The notes below the pieces were generated by a model that did not search any database, had not been told where the DNA came from, and saw nothing but the letters and a program-made list of their open reading frames with translations. The position numbers and the translations under genes were made by a program. Positions 53,356 through 64,000 of a DNA stretch of 64,000 nt are shown here, piece after piece; the stretch's first letter is position 1, and each line of letters starts with the position of its first letter. Location: contig NW_020843402.1 of NCBI RefSeq assembly GCF_003704095.1, positions 62,001-126,000 of the forward strand, given 5' to 3'. This stretch comes from Pocillopora damicornis (taxonomy: Eukaryota).

Positions 53356-53998
53356 GGAACTGTTACTGTGGGAAATTTTTAAATGAGGCTTGGATCATTG
53401 GAAAATTACTTACCTACATGAGATGTGTATTGGGCCCACATTGTAATGCTCTCAAAACTTATTGAGTAACAATCAAAGTATTAATAATTATGCAGGAGCC
53501 CTTTTAAACTGTTCAAGGATACACTTTTTGGATATATCTCCAAAGATTCTTGCCCAGTATGGCTCTGTAAAATTGTTGTCCACTAAATCATATTTTCTCA
53601 GTTTTCCCACTTAACCTCTGATTACTTTTAATGTTAGATTAAAACCATAATTTTGGACCTTTGTTGAGAAAAAAATTTAAAAATAATTGGTTTGGAAAAA
53701 CCTGACAGTCATTCCCCTATTTTCATTGTTAGAAGTACCTCAGAATTTCTGAAAATGTTTTCAGTTTCTCTGTTAGGTACAAATTTCACTGCCTAATATT
53801 CAAAGATTTATTTATATTAATTTATTTTTATATCATGATCTTCAGAAATAAAAAGCTACAATAATATTGGTTAATTTGAAATAGCCTGTGTGGTTCAATT
53901 ACCTGAACATAGAACACCAACATGCAGAAATACCATTCAAAATGATGAAACTTTATTTAAATTCATTGTTTCACTCTTCACCCAACTCAGGAGACTTT

Positions 53999-55499
53999 TT
54001 ATTCATAAATCCATTTTGCCATTTCTGGCTCCCAATCAACAAGCTCCTCGTCTTTAAACCAGAGCTTAATTTCTCTGTTTGCTGTGTCCACTGAATCACT
54101 GCCATGGCAGATGTTCCTAGAGACAAAATCAAAGGAATCAATTTTATGTACAGCACAAAGAATAACAGTTACAACATATTGCCAGAGAATACAAAATTGA
54201 TTTTTTTTTACTTGCAGAGTGCTAACCAAAAAAAGAACAAAAATAAAACAGTTAAAGTAACAGTAAAAAGAGCCATAAAGGAACACTAACCTGCCAATGT
54301 GAATGGAAAAATCTCCTCTCACTGTACCTGGCTTAGATTTTGCCTGCAAGTAATTGAAATCAAATCACTACAATACATTTTTCCTTTAAAAAAGTGTAAT
54401 TTGAGCAATAGTCATTATCAGTTTGTCATCCTTTGTCACAACAATACCCACTGGATCTGTTTCTCCAAGAATAGCTCTGCATGTTAAAACAGCACCTTGT
54501 CCTTCCCACACCTGGATGAAATTGTTGAAAAGCTCAGTTATCAAGTAAACAAGAAACATTTTCTACATAGCACAACCTTTTAAAACAGTAATTGAGGTCT
54601 GTTTGGTAATACACTCTAAAAAAGAAGGAAAAAGACCATGGATTAAATTTTCAGGGTTGCAGGTTGACAAGGCGAGCTTTGTACCTCAATCTTCCTTCTG
54701 CCAAAATTTGTGATAAATTCTGATCCCTGGGGTAACATTTCTATTTGTATCCAGCCTTATTTATTAATTCCTCAATTCTTTGCATATTTTTCTTTCTTTT
54801 GGTTACCTTGTCTTTCAGTTCGACCCTCACCCTTCCCTTTCCGTCCCTCCCTTTACGCCAAAGGACTGTTCATTCGAACTCACACCGAACGAAATTAATC
54901 GCAAATATACTGAGTGAAACAGGAACTCTGTACATAGCTTATCAAAACTGCAAAAAAAAAAATTTCCATTTTGATGACATGCGAGAACTAAAGACATTGT
55001 GGTAAGTTGATTGCTGTTGCTGACTTAGGAGTACATTATTCTCAAAGGTTGTAATAAAAGACGGGCGATCACCATAAAAAGAACTACTGATTACAAAAAG
55101 GTCGGAACTTTAGTCACAGTCAGCCTTGAAGAAAAGTAGTAAGCAACATTTCAACACATGGATCACAATCAAATTTATTACCATTGCCACAACAGGGCCT
55201 GATCCCATATATTTCACGAGGCCATTATAGAATGGTTTCTTTGCCAGTTCTTCGTAATGCTTTTTAAGGAGTTCTTCACTTGCCTAAAAGAATGAAAAAT
55301 AACTTTTCGTGACTTATCGCTCAAAGAAATACCCCATCAGACATTGAGTAGGGATTACACAAAAGCAGCGTACCTTGACAAATTTCATGGCGACTAATTT
55401 GAACCCTTTCTGTTCAAATCTTTTAATGATATCTGCTATCAGTCCTCTGTGAACAGCATCTGGTTTGATCATAAGGAAGGTTCGCTCGTCTTTCGACAT
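53999..55499 (-). CDS. NME: Nucleoside diphosphate kinase, group I, cytosolic type, 152 aa (NME1/2-like)
   Basis: Exons 55499-55374, 55283-55182, 54511-54452, 54343-54291, 54116-53999 (459 nt). [28 protein letters not shown], catalytic NICHGSD, terminal WIYE. Confidence 0.97.
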
Positions 55500-55576
55500 G
55501 TTTAGAGGGTACTTTTTGAAACAGTTCCAGCAGAGGCAAGAATCACGAGCTCCTTATCGAGAACAGTCTTGAGCGC

Positions 55577-55582
55577 CACGTG
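55577..55582. promoter_or_regulatory. Canonical E-box CACGTG ~80 bp upstream of the cytosolic NDPK start
   Basis: GCCACGTGCC within a CpG-retaining segment; function is inferred. Confidence 0.35.
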
Positions 55583-57040
55583 CCCTAGGACTTTAAGAAA
55601 GTTCAGTGTCCATATAAGGTACTGGAACAAACTCCCGAGGTGACGGGGAGGGAGGGGAGAGGAGGAAGGAATAACAAATGCAGTCACATCCTGTTGGCCT
55701 TATCCTCATTTAGATTTGGGATACGATAGTAATGAAGTTTACCGATCATAGAATCGAATCAATATTTTTTACAAAATACAATTCTGTATTAATTAGATGC
55801 CAACAGTTCAGCATAGACAGGTGAAACAGGTATAACACTGATCATTGAGTGCTATTATTGATAAATTATTTCATCACAGGTTGTCCTATTTCTAACTTTT
55901 TATTCAGACTATAATAACTGTCATTACAGGGAGAGTGGTGCCCTGGAGTGCTTATGAACTCCCTTTGCCTTTGTAGAATAATTTTGTTTTAAAGCCAACA
56001 ACATATAAACCTTTTTGTCCAAGTTAGTGAAAATGTGTGAATCTACATTAATCTCTAAGTGATAGATACTCCATTTTCTGTTCCTTCTGTTCCTTCTCTC
56101 CCCCTCCATGGGACTTGCATTTCGAGGTTGTGATTATGCATCTCAATGCATTGAAACTGAAGCTCTCACGCAAAGAAACACCAACTTGATTGTCGACCTG
56201 TGATGATTGTGGAACTAATAGGTCTTTAAGATGATTGCACATTATTTTAGATTTTAGGATTAAAAAATGAAAGAATTATAATTTGCATTCAGTTACTATG
56301 GGTTACCGTCTGAATTACAAATCATGGGAAAACAGACGGTCTGTTGAAGAGCCTCACATATGGTTTATATTGCCAAATTGTGTTTACAACTTGAATAGTC
56401 AAAATATCAAAAAGAGTTGTTTAAATGGACTCTCATCCAGTTGCTATAGTCTGAATTAATTGCACTGTAATACAGAACCAAAAGAAGTGTTATGGGTGAG
56501 TTATTTATTCCTTGGGTTTTACTGATTGCCTAGCTGACTGTACAGGGAAAGCCTAAAGGCATATCAGGTTTGTCAGTTATCTTTATCTAGTACCCTATTC
56601 ACACCATTGAAACATATTTTGTTAAACTGGTTTTTACTAGATGAAAATCATAAACAGAGAGCTGAAAAACTTAATATTCCATACAATTCAAGTACTTGCT
56701 AACTTGCATTTCCAATGTGCTACATTCAAGTAAAAAAAAATATTAAGTTAAGTAGTTTCTACAAAGAAAAAAATTAAACTGTGTTTAACAAAACAACTTC
56801 AAAACATGTTTAAGCTTTAGTGGAAATGGGATATAAGAAGCAACAGAAAGAGGTACCTAGTGACACATAGCTTTATCTACAGGAGAACAAAAATTACTCA
56901 AGAGTGGAATGGCTTTCAAGGTAAAGGTGTGATTGCTAAAACATGGACACATATCATTTAATTTGTTTTTTGTTAGATTTACAACACAATAAGTTTGTGA
57001 AGAATTCAATTTATTACTACCAGTTATTACAGATCAATCA

Positions 57041-60000
57041 TTACTCATAAATGTTTCCAGATGATGTCAGATTCCACTCTACTATGTCATTCTTGAACCA
57101 AAGATTTATTTCCTTTTTAGCACTTTCCACTGAATCACTTCCATGAATGATATTTCTGCAGAGTCAAGGGATAAATACAGGTGTAGTGGTAATCATTAAA
57201 GGCAAAGACTGAAAAGTTACTTCAACATCAATGATAATCCAAAATTTGTCAGCATATGTTTGTCACCTTTTTCACTTCAATAACACAAAAGAAAGATAAA
57301 ATAACATTACAAAAAAAATTTGATTGCCCAAGGGTTCAGGAAGGCTACAGCAGCTTACCTTCCAATCTGGATACAAAAGTCTCCACGGATTGTTCCTGGC
57401 AAAGAATTTGCCTGAAGAATACAGAGAGGTTTAGAGTTTGCATGACTTTTTCTCTTACTGCTATGAAATGCATGTGCACTATAGAAAAAATTTCCTTCAT
57501 TTAGTCATTAAAAAAAGATTTGCCACAATGTTTATATTCATAAATTTTTACTAGATAGTTTTTTCCCCCTAGTTTTGAGCTTGCAGGTAACCACTAATTT
57601 GTGTATTCTATAAAAATATAATTGGAGAACTTGAAATTCAGGATTAAAGATTATGATACAATAAAAAGCTTTAATGTACTGACTGGATCTGTTTCTCCAA
57701 GCATACGGCGTCCTGTCTTCACAACATTAAGACCTTCCCAAACCTGCAGGTTTAAGAGGACCTCAGAATCTAGGCATTCTCCTAGGTTCAAGAAAATTAC
57801 ACTCAAGTTGATTGATTATGGTTGGGGGCTGCAGTGGCAAAACTGCTGGCTTGCAATATCTGCTGTTCAATTCTTAAGATCTGATGGCCAATTCCTCTAA
57901 CCAATAACTACAAAGTCCTAAGAATTCAGTGTTCATCCAAACAATATTCAGCAGTAGTTACAAATTTTCATTATCACTCGTCAGTTTGCCAGTGCATTAA
58001 TATTGAAAAGATAATTTATTAACAGCTTACTTAACTGAAGGTGACATTGGTAAGATTTAATATAAATCTAGAATATTTTAACCTTCAGCTTTCATCATTA
58101 AGGCTAACCACCACAGAAATATTTATTACTTACCATGGCCACAACTGGTCCACTGGACATATGTTTCACCAGGCCTGGAAAAAATGGCAGATGACTAAGG
58201 TCTGCATAATGTTCCTTCAGAAGGGCTTCGTCCGCCTTAAATAAACATAGAAGTCAGTCCACAAATTAATGAAAATGGTTTACTATATCAATTTCCATGG
58301 CAAGAAAAGTGTGGAGTTGTTATTTCATAACTCAATGCCTAAAGTATTCCAGTGCATTAGGGGTAATCCCAGTACTAATCAATGGTAGAGGAAAAACATC
58401 TTGTTCTAGAATAATAGTGAGTGACCTTGGTTTGCACTTCAATCAAATTCAAAATGACTGTTAGGAAATTTAATAAGGAATCAGCTCAAAGATATCCTAT
58501 CAGAGTCAAAACCAAATTAAAATATTTTTTAGCAAAAGCGTGTTGCAGCTTCCCAGGTTTTGTACACAAAAAGAAGTCTTGTGGTCTCTTAAGTGACAAG
58601 TGGTATCAATAGTTTCAATGGCAAAATAATGGCCAAAAATCCACAAATTGTTCCTCATGTGAGAATTTAGATTTCAAAATTTGTCAAGGATAATACATAA
58701 CAAGGTAGTCAATTCAGAAACTTAATCATCTATCAGGTAAGAATTCTCACACAAGCTAGAACAGCATCGCATCAAAAAGTTCCAAAAGCTCTTGATTTGG
58801 AACAAATAAAGTTAAGAACACAGAGTCACTGTTTCTCACCTTCATAAATTTCAATGCTACTAATTTGAATCCTTTCTGTTCAAAGCGCTTGACAATTTCT
58901 CCAACCAAACCCCGCTGGACTCCATCAGGTTTGACCATGATAAAGGTTCTCTCTGATTTACCTTGGCCTTCAACCTTAACACACAAAAAAATTGCTGTCA
59001 AATGTAATCAAGTTTCTGAGCAAGAGTTGGTATACTTATAAGAGCAGAACACACAGCTTCTCAGAGCTCCCTTTGACCAGTTACTGGATTATTAAAATAG
59101 ATGTTTGCAAAATATCTACCCATATGATAGCATGTCAGTTTTAGTACTGAGTACAGTGAGGTATGAAACAAAAGTTGCCAAAGGTGAGATCACATGCACC
59201 TGGGATCACCCCTTAACTTGTGGTCTTCACCTAGTTAAGGTGAGGTTCAAGGTAATTTAGTATTATCAACTGAGTTGATAAAGTTAATTGGCTAATGTAA
59301 AGAGTTTCAGAGCTGACATTTCAAGTGTTAGTTCTTCATCAGAACGAATGGAGAAATTGTGGGTTGGGAACTTGTAAAAAGAAGAACAAGAACAAATTAG
59401 TTGAATGAAAAGCATTCCTTGATACCATGAGGATTAATAGTGCTAATTTGAAAGTTAAATGTTTGTTCCAGGGTTTGCTGCTTTCCCAACTACCTGGACA
59501 TAAGGAAAGGCTGCAGAAAGCCATGTACGGGCATCACAGAGGTCATGGGTTCAAATCCCATACAGGCCTGAATTTTTTTCAGGCCTTATTTTCATTACTG
59601 CTTTGGCAGTATTCATTAATGTGAAGATTGCTTGCAAATATTCACTTCTTAAACTGCACTGAGTTCACAGTCATTGATTCATTACTTCAAAGGTTTAGTA
59701 AGAACCAACATAGTGACCAGCTCCCAGTTGGCTTGTTAGCTCAGTTGGTAGAGCACTGCATTAGTATTGTAGAGGTCATGGGTTCTAATCATGCATAGAC
59801 CTGGATTTTTTTTTCTAGGGTCACTTTCATTACTGCTTTAGCAGTGTTCATTGCTGTGAAGATCACACCTATTTCTTATACTGCAGTTCACATATAAGAT
59901 CCTTGACGGCCACATGCTTCTTATGATCATTAAGGAGACTTAGGTGTCTAGTGACTGGTTTGGATGCATCCTTGTCATTCTTTCTATGTTGTAAAGGTTT

Positions 60001-60785
60001 TCTCAGAATTGGTCACCAAGTCGTCTTCCTGTTTCACCAATGTATAACTTTTTGCCATAAGTGCAAATTATGCAATAGATGACATTGGTGGGGGTGCATG
60101 TGAAGTGATCAGTAATCTTCATGGTTCTCTAAGGTCCTGACATTTTCTCTACGTTATGAATGAAAAGTGAGGTAAGGTTCTATTGGGTGACAACTGGGTT
60201 ATGACTGGGTGCCAACACTCTTCTACACTTAATGTACAAAGTACCATCACCATTATTGAACAATTTTCCGGTTTGAGTTGTGAGCACTTTCTTCAAATAT
60301 GAAGAGGAGAGGAGGTGGTCGTATCACCGTATTAATAGGAGAATTCAACGAAATATGGCCGTAAATATCAGGATATTTTGGAGGCTAAAAAAAAGTGGGG
60401 TTGCGGGGGGTGTAAAAACTCGACCAATATCGTTTCAGATACCGAAAATAATCTTCAGGTACAGAACATCTTTAAGTTATCCCTGCTGTCAAGGAGAAAG
60501 CGCGCATAGAATTATACTTCTAGAATAAATGACTGTAACATTCACAATTCCCACCTTTGTTGCGGCGTGAACATTTCCGATGAGGGTAAAATTGTTCCTG
60601 TACAATTGATTTGCAGCAAATAGTCCTGCAGTAGCAGCCGAAGCACCGATCAGAACAGGTCCAGCGAATTTAAAATAGGACCCACTTTCCTTGAAACGAG
60701 AAGTAAATGTTCTCCTAGCTGCTGCCGTTCTAAAAGCGCTGAGAGAAGAACGAAACAAAAGGCTGGTTCGACTATGAAACGCCAT
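57041..60785 (-). CDS. NME: Nucleoside diphosphate kinase, group I, with ~77-aa mitochondrial targeting extension, 231 aa
   Basis: Exons 60785-60555, 58974-58840, 58235-58134, 57743-57684, 57411-57359, 57155-57041 (696 nt). [30 protein letters not shown], catalytic NIIHGSD. Exon 1 is R/S/A/F-rich, almost acid-free, then hydrophobic. Confidence 0.95.
59250..60170 (-). mobile_element. Penelope-like retroelement 3' fragment (degenerate GIY-YIG endonuclease + 3' terminus with hammerhead motif), interrupted by a SINE
   Basis: Minus strand [52 protein letters not shown]...[10 protein letters not shown], continuing after the SINE as FCSLSL...[12 protein letters not shown], then CTGATGA-13nt-GAAATGTC. 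Confidence 0.85.
59526..59900 (+). mobile_element. tRNA-derived SINE, ~1.5 tandem units
   Basis: A-box TAGCTCAGTTGGT (~59737), B-boxes GGTTCAAATCC and GGTTCTAATCA, each followed by an oligo-T run and the same downstream body (TTTCATTACTGCTTT..GTGAAGAT). Confidence 0.85.
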
Positions 60786-60846
60786 GTCAACGAAACAGCA
60801 CGCGGAAAGGGATTAATCGGCGGCGATCGTGGAGGACTGGGTAAGC

Positions 60847-62723
60847 TCATCCGGGAGTGGGGGTGAGTAGTGGTAGGACGTTGCTTGTGCTTGAACTAGC
60901 TTGGACTACTATATTTTTCTTTAATTTCCTTAACTTTGCGGATTCCACCATTTCCTTTGTTACGTATGAAGCAGCATTACAATGTCTGAATTTTATACAT
61001 CTGCTCCTGTGGAGTTCTTACCTTGCATCGCTCGCTGCCCTCACAAAATTGCTCCAATGCATCGAGAGATTCTGCAGTCACTGTTTCGTCGTTACCACGT
61101 CCCAGTTCTTTTCTAGAATGAAAACTACCGAGTATTTCCAATACTGCTGTTAATATTACGATAGTAATCAAGTATCTCATCCCCTCTAATTCTGATCTGT
61201 ACCTGATGAAAGCAATAAATTGAACAAACGTTAGAAAAGGACCCAAGGAGACTGGGAACGAAGCGAAGACACAGGTACGCCATATATAGGCACATGTACA
61301 GCTGTTATTCTGACGGCCCATGAGCGCACTAGTGTCTTTATCTCACCAGTCACACAAAGCAGTTTCTCTGTTTTTACCAAAAACAGGGTCCATGTCTTTA
61401 GGCAAGAGAGGATTATGACCAGAATCAGGGGATGAAATCATTTTTAGACTCTTGTTCCGTTCTTAACCTCAGCAGAAATAAAATGCACACTGTGCTTGCA
61501 AAGATGACATTTTATCAAAGCATGAATATTGCGAAAAAAGAGAGAATTCTTTGGACTTGGCATTTTTTATGCTTCAATAATCTGGGATATCTGTCAAACT
61601 CATCCCAAAATTGTTTCTGTTCGCAAGCTTTTAATCCATGCAAAACGCTTATTTCGAAAAATTTAGTGTCTGCGTGTTTTTAGTATTTATATACACCCGC
61701 GTGAACTGTTCTTCTATTCAGACACTAACTAATGAGATAAGTAAACTAAGCGGCAAATTACTGGGGACGTCAAGTTTGCTCCTCCACCCCCAAGTAAGGC
61801 AAGGCCAGATAAGCTCATGGCCAGATAAAGCACTGTAGTTTAGCCCCAGCTTCCTCTAGCTTTCAATCCACGTGTTCAAGATGGGAGATGTAGCAGACCC
61901 TTGGAACGATGTTCCAAAGTTGTCTTCTGTCCCAAGTTAATCCGATTCGGCACCTTTAAGCAACATAGTAAAATCTGCTTTCCCGTTAGTAGCGGTTTGT
62001 GGATGGATATGTTCTGGTGGAATCAGCCCTAAAGTACGAAATTTTTTACAAAAAAGATTTGTTTCAAATTATAGTTTAGTAAATGACAATTTCTTTCGGT
62101 AGAAAATTTATTTCACATAGCCTCCACTTGAATGAAAAACGACTCTAGGGTTGGGTGTCATAATTTATAAATAGACCAATTCAAAGCTCTTTCGGTTTTT
62201 TTTCCGCAAACCCTCCAATTTCCACAAAGCTCATATCATTTATCATCCTCACCAACCCAGAACCTTACCCAATGCTAAACTTACCGTCATTAGTCATAAC
62301 ACAATGACTCAACACTGTCAACAAGCTGTGTGCAAGCTTGCACCTAAATTACGTAAATTGTTCAACCGATTGAGTACAATACCCAGTACGGTGAAAACTC
62401 TGTCTCTTGGATTCTCTCGGGAAAAATTGTGATCTAAAGAAATATACTTACAGGTTTCTCATTTACGGGTTTGTCTTGATTTGCATCAAAGTCTCCAGTT
62501 ACCACGTCCATCAACCTTTCGAGAATCTTACCTTCAAGTCTGGCTGAAGTGCTTCCTGGTGGGAGTTGGAAAGCACCGAGTAGTGACGAGGAAATTGTGT
62601 CAGGAGAGAATCATAATAAAAAAATGCTTTTGGAAAAGTTCTAATGGTAACGAACTCATCGATTGACAACTGATATATAAATCTAAGTTGATTAACTTCC
62701 TCGAAATGTCTTCTTTGCAGCAC
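60847..62723 (-). CDS. 3' exons of an unrecognised minus-strand gene (tentative)
   Basis: Phase-compatible chain ~61450-61348 (..PKDMDPVFGKNRETALCD-W|gtgaga), 61202-61022 (YRSELEGMRYLITIVIL...ERCK|gtaaga), 60954-60847 (EMVESAKLRKLKK...PTPG*). Further exon-like segments near 62030, 62340 and 62530-62720 could not be joined with certainty. Confidence 0.4.
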
Positions 62724-63201
62724 CTACTCAATGGAAGATTAACAAGTGGCGACAATGTCATGGACAGGTAAGTTCTCTCTTCATGTTCTTAAAAAAACTG
62801 CTGTTTTGCGACGAACGACCCTTAATACTGAACAAAACAAGTGAGGTTCTAACCATGCCTCATCCGAGACATGAGGACTGGGTCTGTTTGGGAAAATCTC
62901 TTGCCATCCGCTAGTCAAGCCACGACAAACTATTAATTGTTCGTTTCGCTATCTGTGCCAAAAACTACAATGAAGGTCAAAACTCCCAGGGACAGTTATT
63001 GAAAACATACCCTAAATCCAAATATATTGTAATAGGTCACTTTTACCAATTCAAAGCTGTACAAAGAACTTCCCTTCACCCTCCCCTCTAACAATTTTTG
63101 TAAAATTAACTCATCATTGGGTCTTCGTAAAGTTTACAACGCACTCAAAATTCTGCAATGTTTGGGGTCCTGTGTGCGGTGGGTGTGGTGGGGGGGGGGG
63201 G

Positions 63202-63301
63202 NNNNNNNNNNNNNNNNNNNNNNNNNNNNNNNNNNNNNNNNNNNNNNNNNNNNNNNNNNNNNNNNNNNNNNNNNNNNNNNNNNNNNNNNNNNNNNNNNNN
63301 N
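63202..63301. other. Assembly gap (100 N) preceded by a poly-G run
   Basis: Seen directly. Confidence 0.99.
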
Positions 63302-64000
63302 CTCTCTAAATATGTCATTTTGGTTCAATAAAGCAACTGTCCTTTTATTTTACTGATTTCTACACTTCCAGAACACAGATAATACCGGTAGAGATACTAT
63401 AAAGACAAATCTGCATTCACGATCTTCCACTGTTCCGACTTTCACGAAATAGATGATCACTGTTTTTCAAAAAATTTCGGATTACAGTTTTCATTATCTA
63501 CAATCTTAACGTTCAACGAAATGACGTCAAAATAAAGAGAAACCACTGGGAACAAGCTTTTCAGTTACTCTTTCGACTGCTACACAAAAGCGCAGATTTC
63601 TCGACCCCTCTCACTGAAGGAGCACCACACAAACGTAATTTAGATAATTTGATTCTTCACAGGTTTGTGAAAAATGACTTTCGTTCTCTTCATACAAATA
63701 TACCCTCTCTCTGCCGCAGACATACCATATATAACGAAGTTAAGAGGCACTTCATCAGGTCTGAACTATATTGGTCAGGCTTTATTTTTGGTATTGAGCT
63801 GTATGTTTATGACTGGTGTCAATTAATATTCGGTCGCGAACGGATACCAATGACAAATTGCTGTGTGAATTCAATACTATTTGTTATAATAAGGCGCTAC
63901 AGTGAATAGAAGAACGGATTACATTGTTAATTATCACACGGCATCCGCTATTCCATGACAATCTTTAGTTTATTTCAGTGAACTGAATATCACGTCACCC

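Noticed and set aside
59730-59802. tRNA gene
   Set aside because: Stems are mismatched and it sits in a repeated SINE body; classed as a SINE head.
60786-60850. Stop-codon read-through fusion of the upstream ORF into the mitochondrial NDPK
   Set aside because: The upstream stop (TGA 60849-60847) is 61 nt from the ATG and therefore out of frame.
60857-61153. 98-aa plus-strand ORF and plus-strand GT donors near 60841/60863
   Set aside because: Reads as the antisense shadow of the minus-strand exons; no supported plus-strand gene.
1-64000. CRISPR arrays, prokaryotic operons, phage or defence systems, rRNA
   Set aside because: None seen; all recognised genes are animal-type and, apart from the single-exon helicase, contain spliceosomal introns, and no regularly spaced repeat-spacer array is present.

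Overview
Eukaryotic, intron-rich, AT-rich animal DNA. The repeat families and gene families point to a stony coral, possibly Pocillopora; this is inference. There are no prokaryotic features. Left to right: (1) a + strand secreted protein of ~580 aa with a signal peptide, an uncharacterised ~140-aa domain with lysozyme/transglycosylase-like ES and GxW motifs, and 9 EGF repeats, whose first coding intron starts with GC; (2) DIS3/RRP44 (-, ~26 exons, including a 20-nt microexon); (3) a CKAP2-like gene (-), head-to-head at 101 bp with an unrecognised and probably truncated + gene; (4) a 5'-truncated CR1/L2-type LINE and a decayed PAN-EGF-X pseudogene; (5) an intronless DEAD-box helicase with DEVD/TAT motif variants, head-to-head at 190 bp with SNX25 (+); (6) two tandem nucleoside-diphosphate kinase genes (-) with identical intron positions, one cytosolic and one with a bipartite mitochondrial presequence; (7) exons of a further minus-strand unit ending only 61 nt before the mitochondrial NDPK start codon, one of which could alternatively act as a signal-peptide first exon. 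Interspersed are MITEs, tRNA-derived SINEs, Penelope-like fragments with decayed hammerhead-ribozyme motifs, microsatellites and one 100-N gap. Exon boundaries were read by eye; no database searches were run.
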